Position numbers and translations under genes: made by a program. The notes beneath the pieces are model-generated. The model had not been told where the DNA came from, searched no databases, and saw only the letters and a list, made by a program, of their open reading frames with translations. Source: a virus. From it: a DNA stretch of 39,487 nt. Within the stretch, counting starts at the first letter, position 1. Each line of letters begins with the position of its first letter. Location of the stretch: the IMG/VR virus record IMGVR_UViG_3300009964_000015; one strand, written 5' to 3'. Positions 31,571 through 39,487 of this stretch are shown one piece after another.

Positions 31571-32683
31571 ATGCAAATTACAAGAGGAAAACGAGCACGA
31601 GCTCAAAAAGTTGTTATTTATGGTCCTGAAGGAATCGGCAAGTCCACGTTTGCAGCCGAATTTCCAAATGCTGTCTTCATCGATACAGAAGGTTCGACAG
31701 ACAACATGGATGTGGCACGACTCGACAAGCCAACCAGCTGGACCATGCTCATCAATGAGATTGCTTTTATCAAAGCAAATCCGACTGAGTGTGGGACACT
31801 CGTCATCGACACAATCGACTGGGCGGAAGCTTTGGCAGTTAATTACATCTGTTCGCAACATGGTAAGCAAGGGATTGAAGATTTTGGCTGGGGCAAGGGG
31901 TACACATTTGTACAAGAAGAAATGGGACGTTTCTTAAATAGCCTGTCTGACTTGGTAGATATGGGCATCAACGTGGTATTGACTGCGCACGCTCAAATCA
32001 AGAAATTTGAACAACCGGACGAGATGGGCTCTTATGACAGATACGAACTAAAGCTTGGTAAGAAGACAAGTTCCCAGACGGCACCACTTGTAAAAGAGTG
32101 GGCAGACATGGTTCTATTTGCCAATTACAAAACCTTAGTCATGACGGCCGAGAACGGCAAGAAGAAGGCGCAGGGCGGTGAACGTATGATGTATACCAAT
32201 CATCGCCCAGCATGGGACGCCAAGAACCGACATGGATTACCTGATGAATTACCGTTCCATTATGCAGGGATTGCTCATATCTTTGCGAATCAGCAAGTGC
32301 ATACACAACAGCCACAACCACAGACAGTCGCTCCAGAATCTCAGCAGGCTGTTCAGCAAGCCCCTGAGCAAGTTCAAGAAGAATTGCCTCTCGATATGTC
32401 ACAGGTGGCTGAAAAGCCTCAAAATGAAGCTCCTAGCGAACCACAGGTAACTCCTAGACAGTATCACGCGAACTTGCCAAAGAGTTTGACGGACCTCATG
32501 TCTCAAGGTAACGTGACAGAAGAAGAGCTCCAAAAAGTTGCATACATACGAGGTCACTTTCCGCTGGGCACGCCAATTGAAAACTTCCCTCCTGATTACT
32601 GGGATATGATTGTCGCACATTGGCAGGCAACTATGGAAGTTATTCAAAACCAAGTGCGAGCAGATCCTGAGCTGCCCTTCTAG
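31571..32683 (+). CDS. Sak4-like RecA-fold ATPase (AAA_24) with a Q/P-rich linker and a C-terminal extension
   Basis: KVVIYGPEGIGKSTFAAEFPNAVFIDTEG. The protein ends with ...RADPELPF. Confidence 0.7.
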   Translation: MQITRGKRARAQKVVIYGPEGIGKSTFAAEFPNAVFIDTEGSTDNMDVARLDKPTSWTMLINEIAFIKANPTECGTLVIDTIDWAEALAVNYICSQHGKQGIEDFGWGKGYTFVQEEMGRFLNSLSDLVDMGINVVLTAHAQIKKFEQPDEMGSYDRYELKLGKKTSSQTAPLVKEWADMVLFANYKTLVMTAENGKKKAQGGERMMYTNHRPAWDAKNRHGLPDELPFHYAGIAHIFANQQVHTQQPQPQTVAPESQQAVQQAPEQVQEELPLDMSQVAEKPQNEAPSEPQVTPRQYHANLPKSLTDLMSQGNVTEEELQKVAYIRGHFPLGTPIENFPPDYWDMIVAHWQATMEVIQNQVRADPELPF

Positions 32684-32734
32684 ATGTAGATTCTGGGAAT
32701 TAGAAATCATAGCAAAATATAATAAGGAGTATCT

Positions 32735-33157
32735 ATGAAAGATAAAACTATTAAAATTGATTTGTCAAAAATCGCAAATACAGCCTTACAAGAAAAGGTT
32801 GACAAAGAACTTGAAAAAGTCCTTGAGAATATTCTGGATCTCAATACAGAAGCTAAAGCGACTCGCAAGGTTACTATCATACTAACGATGTCAACAGACG
32901 ATGAACGTACTGTCGTAAAAACAGGTATGGAAGTCAAATCTACTTTAGCACCGCAGAAAGGTGTTGCAACAACTGTCATTGTCGGTCGCGACGACACTGG
33001 TAAAATTCACGCAAATGAGCTCAAGAGCGGTATCCCAGGTCAGACTTACTTTGATGACAACGGAGATATGAGAACCGACACTGGCGAACTCGTCGAAGAA
33101 GTAGAACAACAAAGCACAAATATTATTGATTACAACAAAAAGAAAGCAGGTAACTAA
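32735..33157 (+). CDS. Hypothetical replication-module protein (140 aa)
   Basis: RBS AAGGAG. Confidence 0.55.
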   Translation: MKDKTIKIDLSKIANTALQEKVDKELEKVLENILDLNTEAKATRKVTIILTMSTDDERTVVKTGMEVKSTLAPQKGVATTVIVGRDDTGKIHANELKSGIPGQTYFDDNGDMRTDTGELVEEVEQQSTNIIDYNKKKAGN

Positions 33158-33159
33158 CC

Positions 33160-33897
33160 ATGACAGAAAATCTCAAAGAAGCATTATCTTACACAGTCGA
33201 ACTAGCGGGTAAAGAAAAGAAAATCATTCGTTCAGAGACAGGGAAGGAATATTTTGACAGCAATGAATATGACTTACAGGAACTTAACCCTCGTAAGTAC
33301 GCACCTATTCTCGAACTTCAGACACTCAAGAGTCTTGTTGACTACCTCAAATCAGATAACGATCTCATCAGTGATCGTAAACTTTTAGTTGTCGTGGACA
33401 GTTACCAAAAAGTATCTGTATATAATCAAGTTGATTTTGAAAATGGTAAACGTCCTCAGCTCGTGTCTGTAAGAGCATCTGTCCCAGTTATTCCGTTCAG
33501 TAATTGGCGCGACCAGGAAGAATTCAATATTATGCTGCAGTCTATGTTTATCGATGATGCAGACCGTAATTTGGTTTTGGATTTTGCTAGCCATTTGAAA
33601 ATCGAAAAAGGTGCAGAAGTACAGGACAATGGCATCAGCCAAATGGCTACGGTTCGCGATGGTGTAGCAAGCCTAGCACAAGCTAAAACTCCAAATCCAG
33701 TAACCTTGCGACCATATCGTACTTTCAATGAAGTAGAACAACCTGCTAGTCAATTCGTCTTCCGCATCAACAAATTGGCGAGCCTTGCGCTCTTTGAAGC
33801 AGATGGGGGCAAATGGAAATTAGAAGCCGTCGAAAGCATCGCAAATTATTTAAAAAATGAACTTGCTAGCAACAAAAAAATTACTATTTTAGCTTAA
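33160..33897 (+). CDS. Hypothetical replication-module protein (245 aa)
   Basis: Packed ORF. Confidence 0.55.
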   Translation: MTENLKEALSYTVELAGKEKKIIRSETGKEYFDSNEYDLQELNPRKYAPILELQTLKSLVDYLKSDNDLISDRKLLVVVDSYQKVSVYNQVDFENGKRPQLVSVRASVPVIPFSNWRDQEEFNIMLQSMFIDDADRNLVLDFASHLKIEKGAEVQDNGISQMATVRDGVASLAQAKTPNPVTLRPYRTFNEVEQPASQFVFRINKLASLALFEADGGKWKLEAVESIANYLKNELASNKKITILA

Positions 33898-33910
33898 AGG
33901 AGAAATCAAC

Positions 33911-34465
33911 ATGACACAACAATACAATAACTTTGATCACGAAATTGATTGGGAAGGTACTATCGAAAAAGACTCGGACCGTGTCCTATTGCCCGATGGA
34001 TTGTACTATTTTACAGTCGTTGGCATGGAACGCACACGACACACACCAAATCCGCAAAATCCCGGAAAATTGCCAGCGTGTAACAAGGCTATCGTTAGCA
34101 TCAAGATTGTAGCCAACGAAGGCGAGACCGAATTGCGTCACAATCTATTCCTACACAGCTCAACCGAAGGAATGCTATCTGCTTTCTTTGCAGCTATCGG
34201 CCAAAAGAAAAAAGGCGAACCGCTTCGTATGAACTGGAATACCATTATCGGTGCAACTGGTGTATGTAAGGTCGGTACTCGACAATACAATAACAACAAT
34301 TATAACGAAGTCAAATCCATGCTCTATCCTGAAGACGTAGACTATACAAAAGTATTAAACCAGCAACCAGGACAAACTACACAAGCAAGCTACCAGCAAC
34401 CACAACCGCAGAACTTTGGACAACAACCACAAGGACAAGCTGGATACCAAGCTGGGCAATTTTAG
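33911..34465 (+). CDS. DUF669-like protein (putative ssDNA-binding) with a Q/P-rich tail
   Basis: HEIDWEGTIEKDSDRVLLPDGLYYFTVVGMER pattern. Lies between the Sak4-like ATPase and the helicase. Confidence 0.6.
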   Translation: MTQQYNNFDHEIDWEGTIEKDSDRVLLPDGLYYFTVVGMERTRHTPNPQNPGKLPACNKAIVSIKIVANEGETELRHNLFLHSSTEGMLSAFFAAIGQKKKGEPLRMNWNTIIGATGVCKVGTRQYNNNNYNEVKSMLYPEDVDYTKVLNQQPGQTTQASYQQPQPQNFGQQPQGQAGYQAGQF

Positions 34466-34475
34466 GAGGTAAGGG

Positions 34476-36059
34476 ATGCAATTAAGACCTTATCAACAGG
34501 AAGCACGGGAGGCTGTTCAAGCTGAATGGAATAAAGGTCGCAAGCGCACGCTCTTAGTATTGCCAACAGGATGTGGAAAGACAATCGTCTTTTCCAAAAT
34601 CATTGAAGACCAAGTGAAAGAGGGCAAGCGTGTGCTTGTCCTTGCTCATAGGTCAGAACTTTTGGAACAAGCTAGCGACAAGCTCAAGACTGCTACAGGT
34701 CTCGGCACAGCCTTAGAAAAAGCTGAGAATACCTCTATCGGTTCATGGTATCGGGTTGTCGTTGGATCAGTCCAAACCATGCAGAGAGAGAAGCGACTTA
34801 GTCAATTCCCTCCTGATTGGTTTGATACGATCGTCGTCGATGAAGCCCACCACGCCATTTCAGACGGCTATCAGCGTGTCCTTGGCTACTTCGAGCAGTC
34901 AGACGTCCTCGGGGTGACAGCAACCCCAGACCGCGGAGATATGAAGAACCTTGGTTCTTACTTCGACAGCTTAGCTTATGAGTATTCGCTAGTTCAAGCT
35001 ATCCAGGAAGGGTATCTATCTAAAATTAAGGCCTTGACAATACCGCTCAGCTTGGATTTAACAAACGTCAGTATGTCAGCTGGTGATTTCAAAGCGAGCG
35101 ATGTCGGAACGGCACTGGATCCATATCTAGAACAGATAGCAGATGAAATGGCCAAGCAATGTGCAGACCGCAAGACAGTCGTATTCTTGCCTTTGGTGAA
35201 GACCTCACAGAAGTTTCGAGATATTCTAAACGCAAAAGGTTTTCGCGCTGCTGAAGTAAATGGAGAGTCCAAGGATCGCGCAGAGGTTTTAGAAGACTTC
35301 GAGAATGACCGCTACAACGTTCTTTGTAACTCTATGCTCTTGACTGAAGGCTGGGATTGCCCATCAGTAGATTGCGTGGTAGTGTTAAGACCTACTAAGG
35401 TACGTGCCTTGTATAGCCAGATGGTAGGGCGTGGGACTCGCTTGCATCCAGGGAAAGAAGAACTGCTTTTGCTAGACTTCCTCTGGCACACTGAACGCCA
35501 CGAACTCTGTCGGCCAGCTCACCTTATCTGTGAAACTCCAGAAGTCGCTCAGAAAATGGTTGAGAATATGGAAGAGCAAACAGGTGTCATGCTTGACCTT
35601 GAGGATATGGAAGTCAAGGCAACCGAGGACGTTGTCGCACAGCGTGAAGAGGCTTTGGCAAAACAGCTGGAAGAAATGCGCAAGCGTAAGCGTAAACTTG
35701 TGGATCCATTGCAATTCGAAATGTCTATCCATGCTGAAGATTTATCGAACTACGTTCCTAACTTTGGATGGGAGATGGCGCCTGCTAGCGATAAACAAAT
35801 CAAAGCGCTTGAGAAGTACGGTATCTTTGCTGATGAAATCGGCAACGCTGGAAAAGCTGCATTATACTTAGACAGATTGCACAAGCGACAATCAGAAGGT
35901 TTAACGACACCAAAGCAAATTCGATTTTTGGAAGGTCGTGGTTTCAAAGGTGTGGGCATGTGGCAATTTGGCCAAGCGAAAAATATGATTGATCGTATCG
36001 CAGCAAACGGATGGCGATTGCCAGCAGGCGTGCGACCAGCTGAATATGTGCCGGGGTGA
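34476..36059 (+). CDS. Superfamily-2 DEAD/DEAH-box helicase
   Basis: Walker A LPTGCGKT, DEAH box (VVDEAHHA) and motif VI QMVGRGTR. Confidence 0.85.
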   Translation: MQLRPYQQEAREAVQAEWNKGRKRTLLVLPTGCGKTIVFSKIIEDQVKEGKRVLVLAHRSELLEQASDKLKTATGLGTALEKAENTSIGSWYRVVVGSVQTMQREKRLSQFPPDWFDTIVVDEAHHAISDGYQRVLGYFEQSDVLGVTATPDRGDMKNLGSYFDSLAYEYSLVQAIQEGYLSKIKALTIPLSLDLTNVSMSAGDFKASDVGTALDPYLEQIADEMAKQCADRKTVVFLPLVKTSQKFRDILNAKGFRAAEVNGESKDRAEVLEDFENDRYNVLCNSMLLTEGWDCPSVDCVVVLRPTKVRALYSQMVGRGTRLHPGKEELLLLDFLWHTERHELCRPAHLICETPEVAQKMVENMEEQTGVMLDLEDMEVKATEDVVAQREEALAKQLEEMRKRKRKLVDPLQFEMSIHAEDLSNYVPNFGWEMAPASDKQIKALEKYGIFADEIGNAGKAALYLDRLHKRQSEGLTTPKQIRFLEGRGFKGVGMWQFGQAKNMIDRIAANGWRLPAGVRPAEYVPG

Positions 36060-36062
36060 TGT

Positions 36063-37319
36063 ATGAAATTTCTTGATTTATTTGCTGGCATCGGTGGGTT
36101 CCGTCTTGGAATGGAGTCTGCCGGCCATAAATGTATCGGCTTTTGTGAGATTGACAAATTCGCAAGAGCGAGCTATAAAGCAATCCACAACACAGAAGGA
36201 GAGATAGAGTTACATGACATCACAACAGTATCAGACGAGTTTATTCGAGGAATCGGACGTGTGGACATTATCTGTGGAGGATTTCCGTGCCAGGCTTTCT
36301 CGATTGCAGGAAACAGACGAGGTTTTGAAGATACACGAGGAAGTCTCTTCTTTGAAATTGCAAGGTTCGCATCTATTCTCAGACCTAAATATCTATTCCT
36401 TGAGAACGTCAAAGGACTCCTCAATCATGAAAACGGAATTACGTTTGAGACCATTATCTCAACCTTGGATGAATTGGGGTACAATGTGGAATGGCAAGTG
36501 CTTAACAGCAAGGATTTCGGAGTCCCCCAAAATCGGGAACGTGTGTTCATTATCGGACATTCTAGAAGATATCGTTCCAGAAGAATTTTTCCTCTCTCAA
36601 GCACTGGCAGACAAGTTGATAAACATCAAGAGCAGTCAACAAATACCCTTACAACCAGATACCCAAACAGTCAAGTGGTCGGATCATACATTATTGAAAG
36701 TGAATCGCAGAAAGTAAAATCTATCGGGAATATCAATCCATCTGGCAACGGAATGAATGGAGAAGTCTATCAAGCCGATGGCTTAGCTCCTACACTAACC
36801 ACAAATAAGGGAGAGGGGCAAAAGATAGCAATACCGGTTTTGACACCTGATCGCACGGATAAACGACAAAACGGGCGCAGGTTTAAGTCTGACGGAGAGC
36901 CTATGTTTACTCTGACCGCGCAAGATAAGCATGGAATCTTAATCGCAGGAAAATTGCCTGGAAATCATGACCAAAACTCAAGAGTATATGATACAGATGG
37001 ACTAGCTCCTACTCTATCCACTATGCAAGGTGGTGGGCAAGAACCTAAAATCATTCAGCGTGGTCATGGTTATAATCAAGGCGGAGAACATGATATCGCT
37101 CCTGCTATAACTAGTAACAGCTATCAAGAAAATAATCACTTATCAGATGGCTATCGTATTCGCAAGCTAACACCTCGCGAGTGTTGGAGATTACAAGGTT
37201 TTCCAGATTGGGCTTTTGATAAGGCGCAAGAGGTAAATAGCAACAGTCAATTATACAAACAAGCAGGCAATAGCGTGACAGTCAATGTTATCGCTGCAAT
37301 AGCAAAGGAGTTGAAATAA
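36063..37319 (+). CDS. dcm: DNA (cytosine-5)-methyltransferase with an enlarged, internally repetitive target-recognition region
   Basis: Motifs FAGIGG, GGFPCQAFS, ENV, QNRERVF, RKLTPRECWRLQGFPD and GNSVTVNV. Confidence 0.9.
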   Translation: MKFLDLFAGIGGFRLGMESAGHKCIGFCEIDKFARASYKAIHNTEGEIELHDITTVSDEFIRGIGRVDIICGGFPCQAFSIAGNRRGFEDTRGSLFFEIARFASILRPKYLFLENVKGLLNHENGITFETIISTLDELGYNVEWQVLNSKDFGVPQNRERVFIIGHSRRYRSRRIFPLSSTGRQVDKHQEQSTNTLTTRYPNSQVVGSYIIESESQKVKSIGNINPSGNGMNGEVYQADGLAPTLTTNKGEGQKIAIPVLTPDRTDKRQNGRRFKSDGEPMFTLTAQDKHGILIAGKLPGNHDQNSRVYDTDGLAPTLSTMQGGGQEPKIIQRGHGYNQGGEHDIAPAITSNSYQENNHLSDGYRIRKLTPRECWRLQGFPDWAFDKAQEVNSNSQLYKQAGNSVTVNVIAAIAKELK

Positions 37320-37331
37320 AAGGAGAAAACA

Positions 37332-39487
37332 GTGGCAGAGAATGATTTTAATTTGTTGCCGTTGCTGGATTACATCAATCCTGCCACGGTAGACTACCAG
37401 ACTTGGGTGAATGTGGGCATGGCCTTAAAACACGAGGGCTACACGGCATCTGACTGGGATAACTGGTCGCAAAACGACAGCCGGTACAAGAAATTTGAAT
37501 GCTTCAAGAAATGGGATACTTTCAACGAAGAAGCAGGAACGATTGTAACGGGTGCGACCATTACCCAGCTAGCAAAAGAAAACGGTTGGGTATCACAATC
37601 CGGCTATGACAGTGAGAATGCGCATGAGTTAGGTTGGACAGATACAATTGACCGTGATTATCGTGTCATTGATAAAGACTGGATTGAAGGCAAGGAGATC
37701 CACGAACCGACAATTTGGAATCCAGTGCAGGAAATCATCAAGTACCTTGAAACACTTTTTGAAGCTGGTGAAAATGTCGGTTATGTGACCAAATGCTACC
37801 AAAAAACTGACGCCGAAACTGGCGAGATTGTTAAATGGCTGCCAACTAAGGGAGCATATGATCGTACAGCTGGTGAGTTGATTCAGCTCTTACAAGAATG
37901 TAATGGAGATATTGGAGCTGTCCTTGGTGACTATCACGAAGAAGCTGGCGCATGGATTCGATTCAATCCAATGGATGGAAAAGGCGCTAAAAACGAAAAC
38001 GTGACAGATTTCAGATACGCCCTGGTCGAATCCGACAGCATGCCGATTGACAAGCAGAATGCCATATACAAAGAATTGGAGCTACCAATTGCAGCCTTGG
38101 TACACAGTGGAAATAAATCACTACATGCTATCGTTAAAGTAGATGCCAAGAATTACGAAGAGTATCGTAACCGGGTTGATTATCTTTATAAAATCTGTCA
38201 GAAGAACGGAATCATAGTTGATACTCAAAATAAAAATCCAAGCAGGCTATCACGTATGCCAGGGTTCATCCGAAATGGCCAGAAGCAATTTTTAGTAGAT
38301 ACCAATATCGGTAAGGCTGATTGGGACGAATGGTATCAATACATCGAAGACTTGAACGATGATTTACCTGATCCCGAATCTCTTTCAGATAGCTGGGATA
38401 ATTTGCCAGAGTTGGCTCCTGAGCTGATTAAAGGCGTCCTTCGTCAAGGTCACAAGATGCTGATTGCTGGTCCTTCTAAAGCTGGTAAGTCATTCGCTTT
38501 GATTGAGATGTCGATTGCAATTGCTGAGGGTAAGAAGTGGCTTGGTTGGGATTGTACGCAAGGGCGTGTCCTCTATGTCAACCTAGAGCTAGACCGTCCG
38601 TCTGCCTTGCATCGATTCCGCGATGTCTACCATGCAATGGGATTGGCTCCGCAAAATATCAACAACATCGATATCTGGAATCTACGTGGGAAGACCGTAC
38701 CGATGGACAAGCTAGCACCTAAGCTCATCCGCAGGGCGCTGAAGAAGAATTATATCGCAGTCATCATCGATCCGATTTACAAGGTCCTGACGGGTGACGA
38801 GAATAGCGCAGACCAGATGGCACATTTTACGAATCAATTTGATAAAGTGGCCACAGAGTTAGGTTCTAGTGTTATCTACTGTCACCACCACTCTAAGGGT
38901 TCTCAAGGTGGTAAGAAGTCCATGGATCGCGCTAGTGGTTCGGGTGTATTTGCTCGAGATCCTGACGCGCTTATTGACTTAGTAGAGCTGGAAGTTTCAG
39001 AGGAATTACTTACTCAGAGGCTGAACCAAGCAGCGTGCGAAGTATACAAACAGGCTTTGCAAGAGCGAAACAATGCCTACTATCAGCAGAATGTAGGCCT
39101 AGATGACCTCTTGAGCCCTGCGCAAATGCGGACGCACTTCGAGAAAGGTATTCCTGATGTCATGGCTCGGGCGCCGTACACAGACAAACTCGAAGAAGTT
39201 CGTAACAAGATCCAGATAGCGACCGCATGGCGTGTCGAGGGCACGCTCCGAGAGTTTGCCAAGTTCAAGCCAGTCAACATGTGGTTCAGCTATCCAGTAC
39301 ACGCGCTGGATGAAACGGGTGTGCTGGCGGATATCCAATTGGACGATGATAAACCGGGGTGGATGAAAGCTAAAGAAACTCGCAAAAAGAACGCAAAGGA
39401 AGACAAAAAGCAAAAACTGATAGAGTTTGACGAAGCAATCGAAAACGCGAACTTCGGCGAACCACCCTCAAAAGAAGATGTAGCTGA
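37332..39487 (+). CDS. Primase-helicase: PriCT-like N terminus, AEP primase-polymerase core and RepA/DnaB-like P-loop ATPase; continues at 3-257
   Basis: The GTG at 37332 lies 6 nt after AAAGGAG. Motifs seen: YQTWVNVGMALKHEG, SGNKSLHAIVKVD and LIAGPSKAGKS. There is no stop before the window end. Confidence 0.8.
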   Translation, partial: MAENDFNLLPLLDYINPATVDYQTWVNVGMALKHEGYTASDWDNWSQNDSRYKKFECFKKWDTFNEEAGTIVTGATITQLAKENGWVSQSGYDSENAHELGWTDTIDRDYRVIDKDWIEGKEIHEPTIWNPVQEIIKYLETLFEAGENVGYVTKCYQKTDAETGEIVKWLPTKGAYDRTAGELIQLLQECNGDIGAVLGDYHEEAGAWIRFNPMDGKGAKNENVTDFRYALVESDSMPIDKQNAIYKELELPIAALVHSGNKSLHAIVKVDAKNYEEYRNRVDYLYKICQKNGIIVDTQNKNPSRLSRMPGFIRNGQKQFLVDTNIGKADWDEWYQYIEDLNDDLPDPESLSDSWDNLPELAPELIKGVLRQGHKMLIAGPSKAGKSFALIEMSIAIAEGKKWLGWDCTQGRVLYVNLELDRPSALHRFRDVYHAMGLAPQNINNIDIWNLRGKTVPMDKLAPKLIRRALKKNYIAVIIDPIYKVLTGDENSADQMAHFTNQFDKVATELGSSVIYCHHHSKGSQGGKKSMDRASGSGVFARDPDALIDLVELEVSEELLTQRLNQAACEVYKQALQERNNAYYQQNVGLDDLLSPAQMRTHFEKGIPDVMARAPYTDKLEEVRNKIQIATAWRVEGTLREFAKFKPVNMWFSYPVHALDETGVLADIQLDDDKPGWMKAKETRKKNAKEDKKQKLIEFDEAIENANFGEPPSKEDVA
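39361..39487. repeat. Terminal overlap copy 2, identical to 1-127
   Basis: 127/127 identity. Confidence 0.95.

Larger units (their letters stand above)
1..39360. mobile_element. Complete temperate siphovirus-type streptococcal phage/prophage genome, circularly closed, unit length 39,360 bp
   Basis: Full set of phage modules is present: integrase/repressor, replication, terminase, portal, capsid, tail, holin and lysin. The 127-bp overlap joins the two window ends, and one ORF reads through the junction in frame. Confidence 0.9.

Noticed and set aside
36214-36717. 167-aa + strand ORF in an alternative frame inside the C5 methyltransferase gene.
   Set aside because: The methyltransferase frame carries all the canonical motifs across this interval. 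The alternative frame has no start context or recognisable features.
1-39487. Search for CRISPR arrays, reverse transcriptases (retron, DGR), transposases or IS elements, and classical defence-system gene sets.
   Set aside because: I saw no regularly spaced repeat-spacer array, no RT (YxDD) or DDE transposase-like ORF, and no recognisable multi-gene defence cassette. The only recombinase is the tyrosine integrase.

Overview
The window is one complete, circularly closed genome of a temperate siphovirus-type streptococcal phage or prophage. Bases 1-127 are repeated exactly at 39361-39487, so the unit length is 39,360 bp, and one replication gene runs across the junction. A Cpl-1-like lysozyme with choline-binding repeats points to a host in the S. 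pneumoniae/mitis group. Gene order on the + strand, except the lysogeny block: (1) tail of the primase-helicase gene and an iteron-rich putative origin (1-470); (2) late-early genes: RusA, small ORFs, an orphan N6-adenine methyltransferase and an ArpU-like late regulator (489-3899); (3) tRNA-Trp (4045-4115); (4) packaging and head: TerS, TerL, portal, a MuF/gp7 protein with a long extra C-terminal domain, two small terminator-bounded ORFs, a peculiar tRNA-like element, scaffold, and a capsid protein with a C-terminal CBM5/12-like domain (4179-11409); (5) connector and tail: major tail protein, G/G-T chaperones with a GGGTTTT slippery site, tape measure, 1113-aa tip/receptor-binding protein (11420-21271); (6) lysis: holins and lysozyme (22110-23657); (7) a moron ORF and a putative attP with phased short repeats (23868-24340); (8) minus-strand lysogeny block: integrase, TM2 membrane protein, ImmA protease, XRE repressor (24339-26831); (9) a switch region with two near-consensus face-to-face promoters (26862-27128); (10) early and replication genes: Cro-like HTH, HNH-like protein, SMC-like ATPase, Sak4-like ATPase, DUF669-like protein, SF2 helicase, a C5-cytosine methyltransferase with several TRD-like repeats, and primase-helicase (27129-39487). 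The most unusual content is the island at about 8311-9847. It holds an unassigned effector-like domain fused to MuF, two small cassette ORFs each with its own terminator, and a 93-nt RNA-like element. That element has a tRNA acceptor/T-arm top half enclosing three T-loop hairpins, and it does not fold as a normal tRNA. All functional calls come from reading the translated ORFs and motifs by eye; no database search was run.
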